Notes under the pieces: generated by a model
What the model was told of the DNA's origin: nothing
Seen by the model: the letters and a program-made list of their open reading frames with translations, nothing else
Databases searched by the model: none
Program-made: the position numbers and the translations under genes
Assembly: GCA_951406725.2 (NCBI GenBank)
Contig: OX597817.1
Span: 138,260,001-138,324,000, forward strand
Source of the DNA: Octopus vulgaris
Taxonomy: Eukaryota
Direction of reading: 5' to 3'
Length of the DNA: 64,000 bases
Part shown: positions 38,826 through 50,737 of the stretch, piece by piece
How positions within the stretch are numbered: the stretch's first letter is position 1
Layout of the letters: the number at the start of each line of letters is the position of its first letter

Positions 38826-39054
38826 GGTTTTTTTTTTTAAATTTCTTACTATATGTATATCTTTATATAAATTTCAGTGAGGTTCCTCTGTCCGTTATGT
38901 TTTTATGTTCGTTAACTCCTCCTAGACCGTTGGTGCAAGGACAACGAAACTCAAACCAGCAACTGCCCTGATTCCAGGGAATGTCCTAAGAGGGGGGGGG
39001 GCTATATTTTTAAGGGTCACATAATTGGGGTCCCCATGGCATATATATATATGT

Positions 39055-39108
<54 letters not shown>

Positions 39109-39601
39109 ACACAAACACACACACACATACATACTATCCTTGAGGCTGCCCTTTCGGACGGCATTCCAGCTAGCTCCTGCGGAGAAACCTTTGAGGCATT
39201 CGGCCTCACTACCCTTGTGTAATGAAATTTATTTCTGCAAATGTGTAGTAAAAATAGAGATGGGGTCAGTGGAGCCCCTTTTAAGCGGCCTTTCAGAAAT
39301 CGAACCTCTTTACGATACTACCTGGAAGTTCATGGTATGAAATTCATTGTCATTGCTCCGATTTGGTCACCAATGCCATGAGGGAAGTCAGTAGGACCCC
39401 AATTATGTGACCCTTAAAAATATAGCCCCCTCCCACCCCTTAGGACATTCCCTGGAATTAGGGCAGTTGCTGGTTTGAGTTTCGTTGTCCTTGCACTAAC
39501 GGTCTAGGAGGAGTTAACGAACATAAAAACATAACGGACAGAGGAACCTCACTGAAATTTATATACAGATATACATATAGTAAGAAATAAAAAAAAATAC
39601 C

Positions 39602-39674
39602 CATCCCTGGTGGGATTCGAACCCACGGCCTCTGGATTAGAAGTCCAGCGCGCTATCCGCTGCGCTACAGGGAC
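39602..39674 (-). tRNA. trnR-TCT: tRNA-Arg(TCT), intronless
   Basis: Intact cloverleaf on the minus strand; T tract downstream. Confidence 0.96.
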
Positions 39675-39721
39675 ACTACAGGTAAAAACTTCTAAAATGA
39701 CAGATTGTTTTAAACAATTTC

Positions 39722-39802
<81 letters not shown>

Positions 39803-39844
39803 CATATATATATAAATATACATATATAAATATACATACATACA

Positions 39845-39962
39845 CCGTCCCGGGTTCAGTCCCACTGCGTGGCACCTTGGGAAAGTGTCTTCTACTATAG
39901 CCTCAGGCTGACCAAAGCCTTGTGTGTGAATTTGGTAGACGGAAAGTGGAAGAAGGCCGTCG

Positions 39963-40043
<81 letters not shown>

Positions 40044-40252
40044 TTGTATGTATGTATCTATGTGAGTGTATATGTTTGTGTGTCTGTGTTTATCCCGCCA
40101 ACATCGCTTGACAACCGATGTTGGTGTGTTTGCTGTTCGGCAAAAGAGACAGATAGAATAAGTACTAGGCTTACAAGGAATAAGTTCTTGCTCGACTAAA
40201 AGGCGGTGCTCCAGCACGGCCGCAGTCAAAATGACTGAAACAAGTAAAAGAG
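39845..40252 (+). mobile_element. SINE family B, 5'-truncated
   Basis: Family B body and tail. Confidence 0.8.
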
Positions 40253-40555
40253 ACTATACTTTATTAAAATGAAGGTATAATAATAAACCTAAACTGCGTA
40301 ACTCGGTATAATAGAAAATAACACAATGACGCTCCAACCATGACAATGTATCCTTTATATCCTATACATTGAAAGAAAAGTCCTGTTGTTGTCATCGTTG
40401 ACTCTGTCCACTACGCCACCCGGGTTACAGTGTATCTCCGTCAGCTGATGGTTCCTTGACCCTTTATAAATTTCTATTACATAATATAATTCGTAGCCAC
40501 CTTTGTAGGCAGACTCTGTTGCGATGTATGAATACCAAAACTAGTACCCATTTCT

Positions 40556-40627
40556 TCACAGAGGGTACTTTCGATCTCCCTGCCTCTCGGGTATGTGTCC
40601 AGTACACTCCCATTGTGCCACTCGGCT
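40556..40627 (-). pseudogene. Initiator tRNA-Met(CAT) pseudogene
   Basis: AGCCGAG TG GCAC AATGGGA GTGT A CTGGA CACATAC CCGAG AGGCA GGGAG ATCGAAA GTACC CTCTGTG A. 72 nt, CAT anticodon, initiator-specific ATCGAAA T loop, broken stems. Confidence 0.7.
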
Positions 40628-40715
40628 CGACGAGCGATTAAGCAATAACGTGTTATTTCTTTTATTGTCTGTTCTAGGTTACATTAATTTTGCGTTGAAC
40701 AGCGTCAATTGTCTC

Positions 40716-41030
40716 TGCTATAGCCCCGGGCCGACCAATGCCTCGTGAGTGGATTTGGTAGACGGAAACTGAAAGAAGCCTGTCGTATATATGTATATAT
40801 ATATATATGTGTGTTTGTGTGTCTGTGTTTGTCCCCCTAGCATTGCTTGACAACCGATGCTGGTGTGTTTACGTCCCCGTCACTTAGCAGTTCGGCAAAA
40901 GAGACCAATAGAATAAGTACTGGGCTTACAAAGAATAAGTCCCGGGGTCGATTTGCTCGGCTAAAGGCGGTGCTCCAGCATGGCCGCAGTCAAATGACTG
41001 AAACAAGTAAAAAAGTAAAAAGTAAAAAAG
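40716..41030 (+). mobile_element. SINE family B, 5'-truncated
   Basis: Family B 3' two-thirds. Confidence 0.8.
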
Positions 41031-41951
41031 TATATACATACAATTTATATAATAATAATATATCTATATATCGTTTAATATATATACAATTTATATAAAA
41101 TATGTAACGCTAGATGCACAAACTCAGAAGATGGTTAACTCGAGGCTATGGCAGACGACACTAGCCCGAGATGTCCAGAAATGGGATCGAATAGGTCAAC
41201 ATGTTGTTACAAAACAAAATCCTGGACCATTTTATCATGTCTGACCCATTCTCTGCATTCATCTCGTCTTCAAAAAGTTATTCAAAAATTTCTCATTTTT
41301 CAATGAAGGCTTTACCGCAATTCACTGTTAGAAATAGTAGCTAAATATCCCGAAAATTATACACTCTCGTCTTTAAAATAAGAGAATACATTACATGAGA
41401 AATATGCTGTATATATTAGACAAGAGGGGCACGGTTGGAATAACTTTGATCATTGGTCTGCTCGGTCAAGACTGACCGAGTATTTAAAAGAAAACAACCA
41501 TTGTAGTCTCTTCTTTAAATACCCAATCCTTCTTCCATGCAATTACTTCCCCCTACAACCATCTAATATCAATGGATTCCTACTCAGTAGCAGTTGTTAA
41601 ACAATACTAATTTAGACCATCAATTATCTAATCTCACAAATCACCCCCTACCCTCATCCTTCATTCTAAGACGTTTTAAGAATGCTCTGGCGATGGGTGG
41701 CGGCAGTAATTTAAGAACATAAGCTCTCTAATTACAGCTGAGTTCTTTAATTACAGCTGGAACTGGTTCCCCCCACCTTTAAAAGCTCCATCAGAAAGCG
41801 TAATGAGAGAGAGAAGCCATTAGTAAGGTGTAAGAAAGAGTATAATCACAGATCTCACATTGACATGTCTTAAATACAAGAAGAGGACTTGAAAAAAAAA
41901 AACCCACTTACAACAATCTATATATTGGTTTTAGAATCAAGCATTTGTGCA

Positions 41952-42024
41952 GTCCCTGTAGCGCAGCGGATAGCGCGCTGGACTTCTAATCCAGAGGCCG
42001 TGGGTTCGAGTCCCACCAGGGATG
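41952..42024 (+). tRNA. trnR-TCT: tRNA-Arg(TCT), intronless
   Basis: Intact cloverleaf, T loop TTCGAGT, long T terminator. Confidence 0.96.
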
Positions 42025-42437
42025 ATATTTTTTTTTTTCACCCCCTTCATAAAACTTCAATTTATCGGAACTTATCCAGCCTTGAACTGGTTTATCAGAA
42101 AATCCTTAACAGATAAAGAACCGCTGGTGACCATTTTCTTAAGTCTATTCCTTTACGCCTTTCAAGAAAACTGATTCACATTCTCCACGCTTTCGTTGCC
42201 AACAAAACTCGGAGGCAGCCACAGACGAACCCGAAACGCACCTATTTTCCTCATTATCTTAACGATTGTCAAATTAATCATCAGGAAAGTAAAGCACAGA
42301 ATTTTGAGTTCAATCTTACTGAACGGCTTCTTAAACAAGAATTTCCTACTCCAGCATCATCCAAAATATTGTGAATGAAATTTGATGAATGGTAACTTTA
42401 TGACGGAGGAATAGTTCTTGTTTTGGGGTGGTCAACT

Positions 42438-42606
42438 CACTAGCGTAGCTAGCGGAGGACGGAGGGGCGGTCCGCCCAGGACGGCACTGTTATGGGGACG
42501 GTACTATTTTGGGGGTCAACTGTAGGCAATATCTATTTCCTGTGGGGGCCCGGCACGACAGAGTGAAGGGCTGTCCCGAGCGGCACACACTCTAGCTATG
42601 CTAGTG
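42438..42606. mobile_element. hAT-like MITE
   Basis: TIRs CACTAGCGTAGCTAG / CTAGCTATGCTAGTG; 8-bp TSD GGTCAACT. Confidence 0.85.
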
Positions 42607-42713
42607 GGTCAACTTGTTTGATTGTCCAGTTTAACGCCACCCCTTGGTACTCTGTGGTCAGTATTCACTCAGTGGTTACCCAGTTCAACTACATCTCTCT
42701 CTCAATCTCTCCT

Positions 42714-42752
<39 letters not shown>

Positions 42753-43260
42753 TCTTTAGGACTAGGACATTTTTCTCAGACCGTTCTCTGATCCCTTAAC
42801 CACAGAGTTTGCACTTCATGGTCCTGGCCCCTCAGCACCATCTCCAACCCAACCCCACAACCTAACATTCTATAAGGAATCTATGCCCGCTGTCTTTGTC
42901 TCTTTAATGAAATTCGGGTCAGATGTGAACGCATGCGCCGTTGCAGCGAGTTGCTGCATTCACCGTTCCCCAATATATTCCTGGGTCCTCCCGGGAAACC
43001 CATCCAGTAGGGTCCTAGTCAGTCCTCATCTCCATGGGATACCTCCTCATCAGCTTTAACCATGTGGTGTGCCACATGGTTCATGGAACTATTTTAAAAT
43101 CTTTACAAAGTCGAACAGAAAATAAAGTCGTTGTTAGATAATAGCAATCTTATATAGAATGTACTCACTGACCTCACCTTGATAAATTACAAATAAAAGC
43201 AGACGACAAGATTATATTTAAAACAATCTGTATTTCATTTTGATGACAATTACCGTTAGT

Positions 43261-43333
43261 GTCCCTGTAGCGCAGTGGATAGCGCGCTGGACTTCTAATC
43301 CAGAGGCCGTGGGTTCGAATCCCACCAGGGATG
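43261..43333 (+). tRNA. trnR-TCT: tRNA-Arg(TCT), intronless
   Basis: Identical to the 31272 copy; TTTT about 13 nt downstream. Confidence 0.96.
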
Positions 43334-44076
43334 TCAGAAAGCAAATTTTATTTCTTAAAAATTTCATTCATATTTTCCTTTTTGATTTTTTCTCTTCAAA
43401 TCCTTGTTGCAACGCAGTTGTTTTCTATAAATTTGACCCTCCACCACACACACACACGCTCCAGCCCGTTTATTTTCTTGTCATATTTGAAATAGGAATT
43501 CCTTTCTTTGTTCAAGGGCACATCAGGATCTCATATAAAAACCTGTCTCCCGGTCCACGCCTGTTATTGTCCATAATGCTTCTTTGTACATCTTTCTCTC
43601 ACCCATTTTTACATTTACACCCTCCCTCCCCCCCCCCAGCTCTTAATGTCTCTATTCCAGCGGCAACAACTGATTGGTCTTGGAATGGAGTCGATAGAGA
43701 TTTTAATTAGTACCAACACCATTTGGACTGTAACCAATTTCAGCCAATAAAAATCTTGGGTCCAGACATGATTGTATGACTAAAATGTACACTTCGCATT
43801 TTGCGAGGTTTCGTGTTCAAACTCATTACGCGGCACTTCGGGCAAATATCTTCTACCATATCCTAAAGTTTCGCAATATGAATTTCGAGAGATCGAAAGT
43901 GTCTGGAGGCGTGTCAGAGGAACGATTCCTGTTGTGGGCGAGGAAGATGTAATTCCTCGCTTGGTTTAATACCATCATCACCTCCTCTTTTCATACCTTT
44001 AGCAGGCTGCACTCTCTGGCAAACTTTTATACAACGTCTTTGATCTGGGAATAATTTCCTCCTCTGTCTCTCTCTC

Positions 44077-44180
<104 letters not shown>

Positions 44181-44529
44181 CCTCTCTCTCTCTCTATAAT
44201 CTTTTAATAAACTTTGCAACGCTCTTTCAGAAATAAATCTCAAAACTGTTTCCTCGGCTAAATTAGTCAAAATTATATTCAAAGCTATCTGAAATGGTTT
44301 TATCAGCAAACCACGTGACTTAACTCCAGCTAGCTCCACTCACTTGGCAATTGGTGCAGTTATAATGAACAAAAGTTTAGTCGTTGCCTTGATGGGAGCT
44401 CATAGAACGGAAGCATCAATAACTTTTCAGTAATATAACGACTAGAGACGAAAGATAACTCGTACAAAAAATTTAAGAGTTACCTCCCTTAGAAACAAAC
44501 TAATTCGTGATTAATTTATTGTTATTGGT

Positions 44530-44890
44530 ATTGCTGCTGAGCGTAGCGGTCTTCGTCCCAGAGCTCGCAAGATGGGAGAAGTCCGAAACGTGGTCCTTTG
44601 CTATTCGTAAGACCCGCAGAAGAGAAAGCAGGTCAACCTCCGACACCGAGAGCATCGACGGATGGACAAATGCGCATCCAGGCTCAGCGGTTGCGTAGGA
44701 AGTCGGGAACAAGAAACAGGAAGGAAGAGGGAGAGAAAGTTGGAGCGAAAGAGTACAACAGAGGTCGCCACCACTCCCTGCCGGAGCCTCGTGGAGCTTT
44801 AGGTGTTTTCGCTCAATAAACACACACAACGCCCGGTCTGGGAATCGAAGCCGCGAATCCGCTGCCCTACCATTGGGCCATTGCGCCTCC
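44530..44890 (-). mobile_element. SINE family C
   Basis: Family C body on the minus strand. Confidence 0.88.
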
Positions 44891-45989
44891 GCTGCTTCTG
44901 CTGCTGCAGTCCTATGTGTAAACCCTGGTCAAACGCTGACTCGCTTCAGAAAAGGAGTCGCTACATGATTGACCTAAGGAAATATCTAACTATCGATGCT
45001 AAATCTCCTTTTCTCTCTCTCCCTATGACCATTGGCCATCTTTCTTCTAATTTGTGTTTCTTTCTCTCCGTTGTAGCTAGACCAAGGAAGACGCGTTTTT
45101 GTCTATCTCCTGTCCAAGCTTGATTTACGCGTTCGCCACCACAACCTCATTTAGGCTTAGCAGCCCTTCTTGTTTGTTTTCACTGTCCTGTTTTTGTTAA
45201 CAATTTTGACTCACCGCAAAATCCCAAATTTTATTCAATTTGCTTTGCGGGAGCAACTGTTTTATTGAAAGCGTATATTGTTGTTAAATGCTCGAAATAC
45301 GAGAATAGAAAAACAGTCAACGACTGACGATGGGTCGTTCTTTGTGTTATTTGTTTTGTTTTCCAGTTGTGTCTTTCGTTTTCTAGGGTTCTTTACATTC
45401 TGAGTTCAAACCCTGCCGAGCTCAACTTTGCCTTCAATCTTTTTTATCTTTTGGGTTCGTTAAAATAAAATACCATTCAAGTACTGGGGTCGTTGTAAGT
45501 GACTAACCCCTCCCCTCAAAAAACTGGTGACAAAATCTTCAGAGCGTCTTAACGGCGTTTCTTTCATCTCTTTACGTTCTTTGTTCAAATTCTGCCGAGG
45601 TCAACTTTACCTTTCATCCATTCGGGGTTGGTAGAATGTGATAACTAATAGATTAGCCCCTCCCCTCAAAACTGCTGGAATTCAACCAAAATCCAAATCA
45701 TTATTTATTAGTTTATTTCCATTTGTCATCTTTCTATAATCCTCAGAGTAACTCTCCGTGGCTATTTTTTTGCGTACATTTACCGCCATGCACCCCATCA
45801 CCCTTGGGCCAGTGGAGTAGTAGATTCGGTTGAACAACGGCGGGAATCTTAGATTAAGGTTACATCAAATCCTGCTTCACATCAATATAGTTTTCCATTT
45901 TCTAAAATTGTACTGCGAGACAAAAACGGTTTTATCTAAAATTTTCTCTTGATTTACCTTACAAATCACCGACATCAGCTGCAACAGCA

Positions 45990-46378
45990 GTGGAGGCGCA
46001 ATGGCCCAATGGTTAGGGCAGCGGACTCGTAGTCGGAGGATCGCGGTTTCGATTCCCAGACCGGGTGTTGTGTGTGTTTATTGAGCGAAAACACCTCAAG
46101 CTCCACGAGGCTCCGGCAGGGAGTGGTGGCGACCCCTGTTGAACTCTTTCACTCCAACTTTCTCTCGCTCTTCCTTCCTGTTTCTTGTCCCGACTTCCTA
46201 CGCAACCGCTGAGCCTGGATGCGCATTCATCCATCCGTCGACGCTCTCGGTGTCGGGGGTTGACCTGCTTTCTCTTCTGCGCGTCTTACGAATAGCAAAG
46301 GACCACGTTTCAAACTTCTCCCATCTTGCGAGCTCTGGGACGAAGACCGTCCGCTCAACAGCAACAGCAGCAGCAGCT
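45990..46378 (+). mobile_element. SINE family C
   Basis: Family C head and (CAG)n tail. Confidence 0.88.
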
Positions 46379-48164
46379 GATCTGCTTTAAAGTCTAATGT
46401 ATTACTTTGCAAGTTAGACATGTCCTGTTGATTGGATGGACATACGTTAAGTGTTTAGGTTTCGTCACCAACCGTAACACATTCGTGGAATCATGAATGG
46501 TCCTTGGACCTGTTAGAAATAGCATCGATATCTGTTTGAAACCATACGAGGAAGTCCCCCATAAGAAAAGAACACATTAGATAAGATGGTCACAGCCGGA
46601 TTGTTTTTGCCATTCATCTGTCGATCATTGAAATTAAAGACTTATAAAGGCGTCAATCACTATAGTTGCGTTAGATATGCAGGGGAGGTAACTCTATGTA
46701 GCGTAAGTGGGAGTTACCTCCCTTAAAAACAAAGTAATTTGAATTAATTTTGCGTTTCCAATGATACAGGAATGTTAGGAATGAGTGCGCGCGCGCGCGT
46801 GTGTAAGTATGTAAAACTGCGTATCTTTGCGTTTGTCTCTCCACCCATTACTTGGTTTGTTGGCAACCCAAAAGGAAGCTAAAAGAATAATCCTATAGAT
46901 GGATAAGTTGTGGAGCCATCTAATGTGACTCTACTTAAAAGGCTGCATTCTCATTTGACACGAACACGGTATAAAGAAATAGATGGAACTAGGTGGTAAC
47001 TTTAAGTGTCTGTAATTATTATGGATTAATTAACTGCCTTCATTTGCATTGTTCTGTTAATTGTGGTGTGCTTCACTTTATGGTGAGGTCTTTTATGGAT
47101 CCACTGTAATCAAATATGTATGCATATGGATGGTGGAGAGTTTGTACCCTCATCATTACATGAGCATTGTCTTCCATTCCCAGTCTTGTGTGAAAGCATG
47201 TCCTGCAAAGGGAAATATTATCTTGCTTGAAAACAGGTGACAATTGGGGACGGGAAGGGTGTTTCATCATCATCGTTTAACGTCCGCTTTCATGCTAGCA
47301 TGGGTTGGACGATTTGACTGGGGACTGGCAAACTAGATGGCTGCACCAGGCTCCAATCTGATCGGGCAGAGTTTCTACAGCTGGATGCCCTTCCTAACGC
47401 CAACCACTCTGAGAGTGTTTGACCATGGAAAATCTGTATCAACAAATTTCATTTGACCCATGCAAGCATGGAAAAGTGCGCATTAAAATGATGATGATAG
47501 TCTCTATAAGTATGTGCGTGAGTGTTTGTATGGTAAGGGTTAGTGACAGGAAGGGTATCCAACTGTAAAACAAAGCTTTAATGGCATATTCTTTGAAAGC
47601 CATGTCAGCCTGGAAAAACAAGAATGAAAAGCGGATTTCTTTTCTTGCAAGTCGTTCCCCACAGACATTTAAGATGCATCACCATATCAGCTGATCTAAC
47701 CAGTCTTGGGGAATCCGGTACCTTCCTGCTAACCAAAACTGTTGCCAACTCTTACCTGTTTCTACACAAAGGCATATTTCTCTATGACCAGACATATTCT
47801 CATAGAATTTAGAGAATATCACTGCTTTTATGACAGTGACACTTGCTTACAACTACCACATGTTGCCAAGATAGAGAAACACAAATATGCACATGTTCAC
47901 ATACATACCTAAATAGATCATGGGTTTCTTTCAGTTTCCATTTCTGAAATCCACTTGCAAGGCTTTGGTCAGCCCAGAGCTATAGAAGAAGACACTTGCC
48001 CAAGGTCCCATGCAATGATATACTTTTCTTTTTTTATTTCTTTTGTTTCAGTCATTTGACTGCGGCCATGCTGGAGCACTACCTTTTGTCAAGCATTTGA
48101 CTTCAACTCAGAATGCCAAAGTAAAGATGACAAAACATTCAATGTGTCTCTTCCACAGTTCTAA

Positions 48165-48680
48165 CAATATCTTTCTTCATTTTCTGTATTCCATGACTTT
48201 GATGTTAAAAAATAATTATAATGAAATTATTGTATACAGTGCTCGGGTGCACCACAACTTGTTAAAAGTGCGCATAAAACATATGCAGTAATGTACAAAT
48301 GCCTGGAAAGTGAACAGTGTATGAGTCAGATACATGCTTGCGTGTGTATGGAGGGGAGAAAATCAGGTGTAGTGTTGGCGAATCTCAGGAAGCATGGAAG
48401 TTTTGAAGGATGCAGTGCTCCGACAACTAACAACTGATGCTGGCAGTTTGTTCCATACTTCAGCAACTCTTAGCGTGAAAAATGTTTCCGAAAGTCATGG
48501 GAGCTGTGCTGTTTTCTGACTTTGTAAACATGTCCACAGGTGTTAGACAGGTGGAGTTTGAAAAGGTGCTCAGGATTATTGTTAGTAAGATGGTTAATAA
48601 TTTTATGGGTATCTGCCAAGTCAGCTGCCAGACGTCGAAGTTTCAATGTGTCCATGCCCAGGGAAATAAGGCGTTATCTG
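48165..48680 (-). mobile_element. CR1/L2-group LINE 3' end
   Basis: LGMDTLKLRRLAADLADTHKIINHL...LFKLHLSNTCGHVYKVRKQHS...RKHFS, a typical CR1-group ORF2 C-terminus. Confidence 0.8.
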
Positions 48681-49197
48681 TGTTTGTTTTTTCAAATTGT
48701 GAGTTCTGTCTTTGAAATATGAAAGTAAACTGGAGATTACAGGGAACTAATGGGGGTCTGTGTTGGACAATTTGTAGGTTTTATTAGTTGTTAAAAATGA
48801 AAAATATTTGGTTTCCTGTGAAGAAGAGTTTTAATAAAGTTTAATATCTCTAACAGTATCCTTTAGGAGTACATCAGAAAACATCTCCATTCCATATAAG
48901 ATCTGCCCAAAATAGCGGACTTTACTTCTTCCTTCTATATTAGACTTCCAAACAGTTTAATGTTTGTATCAAGACATGATGAACCTCTCTTACACTCCAT
49001 GAAGCAGTTTTGTCTTTGACAACATCTGTTGCTACATTCCAGTGGAGCCAACATTCCAAGCTTTCATTTCAAATGGAACCTAGTATTAGACAGGCTGAAA
49101 CATATAGTCTGTTGGTTCAACAACTAATGGAAGATCATGGACCATTTTTGTCAGCATCCCAACCTTTCAATGATGTTGTTTGGTGGTACAGGGCCCA

Positions 49198-49400
49198 GGG
49201 CGGCGAGCTGTCAGAATTGTTAGCATGCCAGGTGAAATGCATAGCGGTATTTCGTCTGCCGCTACGTTCTGAGTTCAAATTCCGCCGAGGTCGACTTTGC
49301 CTTTCATCCTTTCAGGGTCGATTAAATAAGTACCAGTTACTTTTGTCTGTCCTTGTTTGTCCTTTCTGTGTTTAGCCCCTTGTGGGTGGTAAAGAAATAG
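49198..49400 (+). mobile_element. SINE family A
   Basis: Family A body; GGTACAGGGCCCAGG duplicated on both sides. Confidence 0.85.
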
Positions 49401-49429
49401 GTACAGGGCCCAGGGCCCAGCACTGATTA

Positions 49430-50372
49430 AGCAGGTGTATGAAACACACAGACACACAAAGTCTGATTAGAAAGGATCACAAAAAGACAGCTCCCAAAAT
49501 TACTGCAGAGCTCAATGACTACCTCAGGAACCCATTTTCCACAAAAACTGTTCTCTGGGAGCTGCACAAGGCCGGATTTCACGGGAGGGTTACAATCAGA
49601 AAACCACTACTTTCAAAAACAAACGTCGCAAAGCATTTAGAGTTGAGTAAAATCCTACAGAATTGGTCCCTAGAGCAGTGGAAGAAATTATTTTCTCGGA
49701 TGTGTCATCCTTAACCTTATTTCTGACCACTGGCCAAGTATACGTGAGGAGACAGCCAAAAGAAGCATTTGACCCAGACTGCCTTCTTCCTACTGTTAAA
49801 CATGGAGTAGAATCTGTAATGACCTGGGGGGGGGGGCTATATCTTGGAACTCCACCAGCCCAATGGGTTCCCTTCGTAGCAGAATTAAGTCAAGACTATT
49901 TACTCTTTTACTTGTTTCAGTCATTTGACTGTGGCCATGCTGGAGCACCGCCTTTAGTCGAGCAAATTGATCCCTGGACTTATTTTTTGTAAGCCTAGTA
50001 CTTATTCTATCAGTCTCTTTCACCGAACCGCTAAGTTACGGGGACGCAAGCACACCAGCATCGGTTGTCAAGCGATGTTGGGGGGACAAACACAGACACA
50101 CAAACGCACACACACACACATATATATATATATACACATATACAACGGGCTTCTTTCAGTTTCCATCTACCAAATCCACTCACAAGGCTTTGGTTGGCTC
50201 GAGGCTATAGTAGAAGATACTTGCCCAAGGTGCCATGAACCCGGAACCATGTGGTTTGTAAGCAAGCTACTTACCACACAGCCACTCCTGCGCCTATTTA
50301 AGCATTTTATTTGATCAAATTCATCCTATGGTTGCAGAACTGTTTCCGGAGGGAAACGCAGTCTTTCAGGAT
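49430..50372 (+). pseudogene. Tc1-like transposase fragment interrupted by a family B SINE (49900-50294)
   Basis: KTVLWELHKAGFHGRVTIRKPLLSKTN...WSLEQWK; YVRRQPKEAFDPDCLLPTVKHGVESVMTWG; resumes with HPMVAELFPEGNAVFQD. Confidence 0.85.
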
Positions 50373-50737
50373 TTGACCCTCTGCAAAATCCCAAATTTTA
50401 CCTAATTTGTTTTGCGGAAGCAACTTCTTTTTTCGAAGGTGTATCTTGTCGTGACTTGCTCGAAATACGGATTAGAAAAACAGCCGACAACTGATGAAGG
50501 GTCGGGGTTTTTTTGTGTTGTTTGTCTTGCTTTCCATTTGTTTCTTTTGTTGTTTGCAAAAAAAAGTTCATATTCCATGTCCTCGTACTTCGTATTTTTC
50601 GTTGTTTATGTTTTGTGACGTCCTGTGCCCACATATGCATATGTATATACGTATACATGTATGTATGTATACGTATGTATATATACATATATAAATGATT
50701 AATATTATATATGTATATTATGTATGTATGTATGTAT

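Larger units (their letters stand above)
38698..39729. repeat. ~335-bp inverted duplication (38698-39033 / 39394-39729), each arm carrying a tRNA-Arg gene
   Basis: Arms are near-perfect reverse complements with a spacer of about 360 bp. Confidence 0.95.

Noticed and set aside
31272-43333. Reading the tRNA loops as CTA (amber suppressor) anticodons
   Set aside because: The 7-nt loop is C-T-T-C-T-A-A, so positions 34-36 are TCT (Arg).
43240-43710. ORFs containing VPVAQ(W/R)[18 protein letters not shown] (also 38690, 39549, 41889)
   Set aside because: Shadow translations of the tRNA genes.
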